Source: an uncultured Clostridia bacterium
Lineage (GTDB): Bacteria > Bacillota > Clostridia > Christensenellales > CAG-1252
Assembly (NCBI GenBank): GCA_945482995.1
Contig: CALYRM010000001.1
Location: 1,413-65,412, forward strand
DNA length: 64,000 bases
Direction of reading: 5' to 3'
The translations under genes and the position numbers were made by a program. Below, in pieces: positions 61,118-64,000 of the stretch (within the stretch, counting starts at the first letter, position 1; every line of letters starts with the position of its first letter). The notes under the pieces are model-generated. The model had not been told where the DNA came from. It worked only from the letters and a program-made list of their open reading frames with translations, and did not search any database.

Positions 61118-61146
61118 ATTATAACATATTTTGACAGAATAATCAA
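61118..61146 (-). promoter_or_regulatory. near-consensus sigma-70/sigma-A promoter driving the XRE-led five-gene operon
   Basis: Minus strand reads TTGATT - 17 nt - TATAAT (-35 = 61141-61146, -10 = 61118-61123). About 130 nt upstream of the XRE start codon. Confidence 0.55.
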
Positions 61147-61334
61147 GAGAAAAGTCGGCAGATACGCCGACCTTCTCAAAAAGAAGTACTTACTTCGAAA
61201 AACTATCGTTTTTTGTGTTTTTTTGTAATGAAAAATAGAGTCATTATTCTCAACAGAGAGGCAAAGCCAATAGATATTTTGCCTCTTTGTTAAAGGCGTA
61301 CAGTTCGACATCGCACGATTCATTCCCGCCAAGT

Positions 61335-61381
61335 GGTACTCAACTGAACCCGTAAAGGTTCGGTTAGGTACTATTTTTTTT
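61335..61381 (+). terminator. strong plus-strand rho-independent terminator with no annotated plus-strand gene upstream
   Basis: GGTACTCAACTGAACC-cgtaaa-GGTTCGGTTAGGTAC: a 15-bp stem (one mismatch, two G-U pairs) followed by TATTTTTTTT. Confidence 0.55.
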
Positions 61382-61407
61382 GCTATTTTTCCATATTTTT
61401 ACCTTAA

Positions 61408-62915
61408 TCATATATACAACTCCACTTTTACACTGTATTCTGTTGGTGTACTCTTGAAAGTATGATTATCCACAATATAAGTTTTGTTTGTCGTATAATA
61501 GCAAAAGTCCCAACGATTATCTTCGTCGGGACCTTTTTTGTCTGTATATTTGAAATCTATTTGTATTTTCTCGTTTTTCATCCGAACTTCTTTTACAAGC
61601 AAGTTTATCATTTGCAATGGTTTCTTGCGTATCGCCGAAGTTATTCGCTCGTGTATGTCTTCTTTGGTTAGTTGCAACTGTGTCTGTGCTTTCAGCAATA
61701 GTATTTGTTGAATGAACAAATACTTCTTATTCTCCAAAGTTTGAAGTCTTTCTTTGGTGGATTCCGTTGCAATTCCTTGTTCCATACAATCAAGGATGTT
61801 AGATATTGCATTCTTAGTCTTTTTGTATTCGCTTGTTAATAGGCTAAGTGTAGCGTTTTCTCGTTGTCTTGCTTTGGATAACTCAAATATCTTGTCTTCC
61901 AACATTTGCAAATTCTTTGGTGAGTTAATTGTTTCCATTACTGTTTCCAAAACAATATTTTCTAACGTTCTTTTCGTATGGGAGTTAATGGGCAATTCTT
62001 GTTTGTACGTTTGCCGGAACACTTGTAATACCTCATTACCGAACCGTTTCTTGCCGTTCCTGCATCAGAGTTTACAGGCTTGCCGCAATATCCGCACTTG
62101 ACTTTATTCTTGAGAATATAGCATATCTCGGGCTTATGTTTTCCGTACTTATTGAGTTCTATTTTTGCTTTTACTGCGTTAAATATTTCGTCCGAGATAA
62201 TTTTGGGGGAGGTATTGGTAAACACTCCATCTCCATGTCGATATATGCCATTATATTTTTCATTCGCAAGTGTGTGGTAAACAGTATTCCTTGCAAAAGT
62301 TTTACCTCTGCACATTATGCCTTTTTCTCTGATAGTTTTAATAATATCTACTACAAGAGTGCCCGCAGCGCACTCGGCGAACATCCACCGCACAACTTCC
62401 GCTTCATCTTCGTTAATAATTACTTTGTGGTTTTCTACCCTATAACCAAACAATACATATCCACCTGTAAAATTCCCTTTATGACGTGTTTCGTTCATAC
62501 CAAGTCTAACTTTTTGTGAAAGTTCTGCCGAATAGTATTCTGCCATACCTTCAAGTAAACTTTCTAAAATTATACCTTCTGGTGTATCCGGAATGTTTTC
62601 CATAGCGGAAACAAGTTTGATGCCATTATCTCGCAGGGTTTTCTTGTGCATAGCCATTTCGTATTTATTGCGACTAAATCTATCTAACTTGTACACAAGC
62701 ACGATATCCCAAGCCTTTTTGTTGCTGTCCTTTAACATTCGTTGAAAGTCCGACCGTTTATCGTTCGTTCCCGTCATAGCACGGTCTATGTATGTATCAA
62801 CGATTACGATATTGTTCCTTTCGGCGTAATCTCTGCACACACGCAGTTGTCCTTCAATACTTTGTTCGGTTTGTGTATCCGAACTGTATCTCGCATAAAT
62901 TACCGCTGTTCTCAT
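61408..62915 (-). pseudogene. large serine recombinase split by a single-nucleotide frameshift near 61962-61985
   Basis: N-terminal ORF (61962..62915): MRTAVIYARYSSDTQ (catalytic Ser), resolvase domain, recombinase domain, zinc ribbon CGYCGKP...YYKCSG. It ends ...CPLTPIRKER*. The +1 frame continues HTKRTLENIVLETVMETI... into the coiled-coil C-terminal ORF (61408..62022). Restoring one T in cgt-t(t)a-gaa rejoins them into a product of ~500 aa. Confidence 0.8.
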
Positions 62916-63278
62916 TTTGAAATCCTCCTTTTTTCTTCAAGTACATTCTAAAATCCAAACTCGCAACTTTATTGCGACTTTGAAAAACTTTTTATACTTT
63001 TTTTACTTTGTCTTTCGACAACCACTTACCATCGGGAAAATGTGGTAGCAGTCAAGCGGTATTTGACATTAGATTTTTACAGTAAAAAAATATTGTCCTG
63101 TCAGTTTTCACAATAAAAATTTTAAGCTATATTTTTTTTAACTTGACTGCGAGCCTTTTTCTGATACACGAAATAACGAAAGACAAGTTAAAAACTAACT
63201 GAAAAATACTATTGCTATTGAGAATTTATAAATAATATGTTATACTTGAACTATCTCTTAAACAGGACACATAAACAA

Positions 63279-64000
63279 ATGGCTAAAACAACGGACACTT
63301 CCATTAAATTACTTGTTTTATACGATATACTCTCTAAAATGACAGACGAAAGTCATGCACTTTCAACCAATGAAATAATTGCCGAACTTACTAAACGTGG
63401 CATTGCAGTATCTCGTAAAGTATTACCTTCGGATATTGAATTACTGAATAAATACGGTTATGAAGTGTTGTCTTACACAAAAAAGGCAAGATATTACTAT
63501 GTTGTTCAACATGTATTCGATACTGCCGAAATTACAATGCTTGCAGATGTCATAATGGCATCCAAACTTACCGAGCAAAGAAAAAACAATTTTATCAATA
63601 AACTGTATTCAACAATAGGTGTACATAAAAACCCAAAGAATTTGGATAAAGTAATTTCTCTTGAAACTGCAAAATACGGAAATTCAAGCATTATATACAA
63701 TATAGACGCAATAGAAAGATCCATTGAAGAAAACAAAAAAGTATCGTTTCTTTATTATTCGTTAGATGAGCATAAAAAGAAAATATATCATTCAAATAAA
63801 AAAAGATATGTCTTCAACCCATTGGCATTGATATGGAATAAAGACAATTACTATCTGCTATGCTATGACGATAAACACGATGGAGTTTCACGTTACAGAA
63901 TAGATAAAATGTAAGATGTTGAAGTAGAGAAAACCCCGAGACTTATTAAAAAAGAATTTGAGAATTTCGATTCGGAAATTTATAGAAAACAAATATTTTC
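63279..64000 (+). pseudogene. HTH + WYL-domain transcriptional regulator interrupted by an in-frame TAA; continues past the window end
   Basis: MAKTTDTSIKLLVLYDILSKMTDESHALSTNEIIAELTKRGIAVSRKV (wHTH) ... NPLALIWNKDNYYLLCYDDKHDGVSRYRIDKM (WYL core). TAA at 63912-63914. The same frame continues DVEVEKTPRLIKKEFENFDSEIYRKQIF, which is where family members continue. An alternative start is ATG 63237. Confidence 0.7.

Larger units (their letters stand above)
55905..64000. mobile_element. partial integrated island (serine-recombinase type) carrying defence-like genes; right end lies outside the window
   Basis: Abrupt junction with truncated host clp at ~55.9 kb. Visibly AT-richer, CpG-poor composition from ~57.9 kb onward. 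Carries a large serine recombinase, XRE and WYL regulators, and nuclease/helicase/TIR-like cargo. Confidence 0.55.

Noticed and set aside
61111-61332. 73-aa minus-strand ORF in the recombinase-XRE spacer
   Set aside because: It lies across the XRE promoter and the hairpin structures. No RBS, and a hydrophobic, low-complexity translation. The region is better explained as regulatory or structured RNA.
1-64000. Possibility of an alternative genetic code, prompted by the in-frame TAA in the WYL gene and the extreme ORF length
   Set aside because: TAA, TAG and TGA each terminate well-supported genes: barstar TAA, the giant gene and barnase TAG, and the 844-aa gene TGA. A 36-kb frame stays open under code 11. 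The WYL stop is better explained as a point mutation in a decaying island.

Overview
64-kb window from a CpG-rich, moderately AT-rich bacterium that uses the standard code (TAA, TAG and TGA all terminate genes) and strong AGGAG-type ribosome-binding sites. The domain repertoire (Flg_new/Listeria-Bacteroides repeats, BspA-type LRRs, GLUG, YjjI/YjjW) looks Bacillota-like, but taxonomy cannot be settled from sequence alone. More than half of the window (18015-53951, minus strand) is one uninterrupted gene for a ~11,978-aa surface protein. It has an N-terminal signal/anchor, Flg_new-like modules, many tens of MBG/Ig-like repeat units in several families (two are near-identical tandem arrays), a CBM5/12-like pair, Cys-containing DxNxDG motifs, an embedded rubredoxin-like 4-Cys knuckle, a ~830-aa non-repeat, probably helical region and a GLUG-type C-terminal head. 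It leads a tightly packed five-gene operon (11546-53951). The four smaller products are all N-terminally anchored and share an A-[WYI]-[FW] motif at the end of the hydrophobic segment. A type I signal peptidase is transcribed divergently. I consider this locus the best candidate for an undescribed system: export, processing and assembly of a giant fibre. Left of it lie a translationally coupled SNF2 helicase / MoxR AAA+ / vWA-Zn-peptidase triad, a lipoprotein barnase with barstar, and a YjjI-type glycyl-radical enzyme with its activase. Right of it, a clpB/clpC gene is cut at ~55.9 kb by a compositionally foreign, partly decayed island: a 3'-truncated HsdR-like helicase-nuclease, a coupled TPR+OB-fold protein and CAP12/PCTIR TIR-like protein, GIY-YIG/DUF4357, an XRE regulator, a frameshifted large serine recombinase and a WYL regulator with an in-frame stop. 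No rRNA, tRNA or CRISPR array was recognised.
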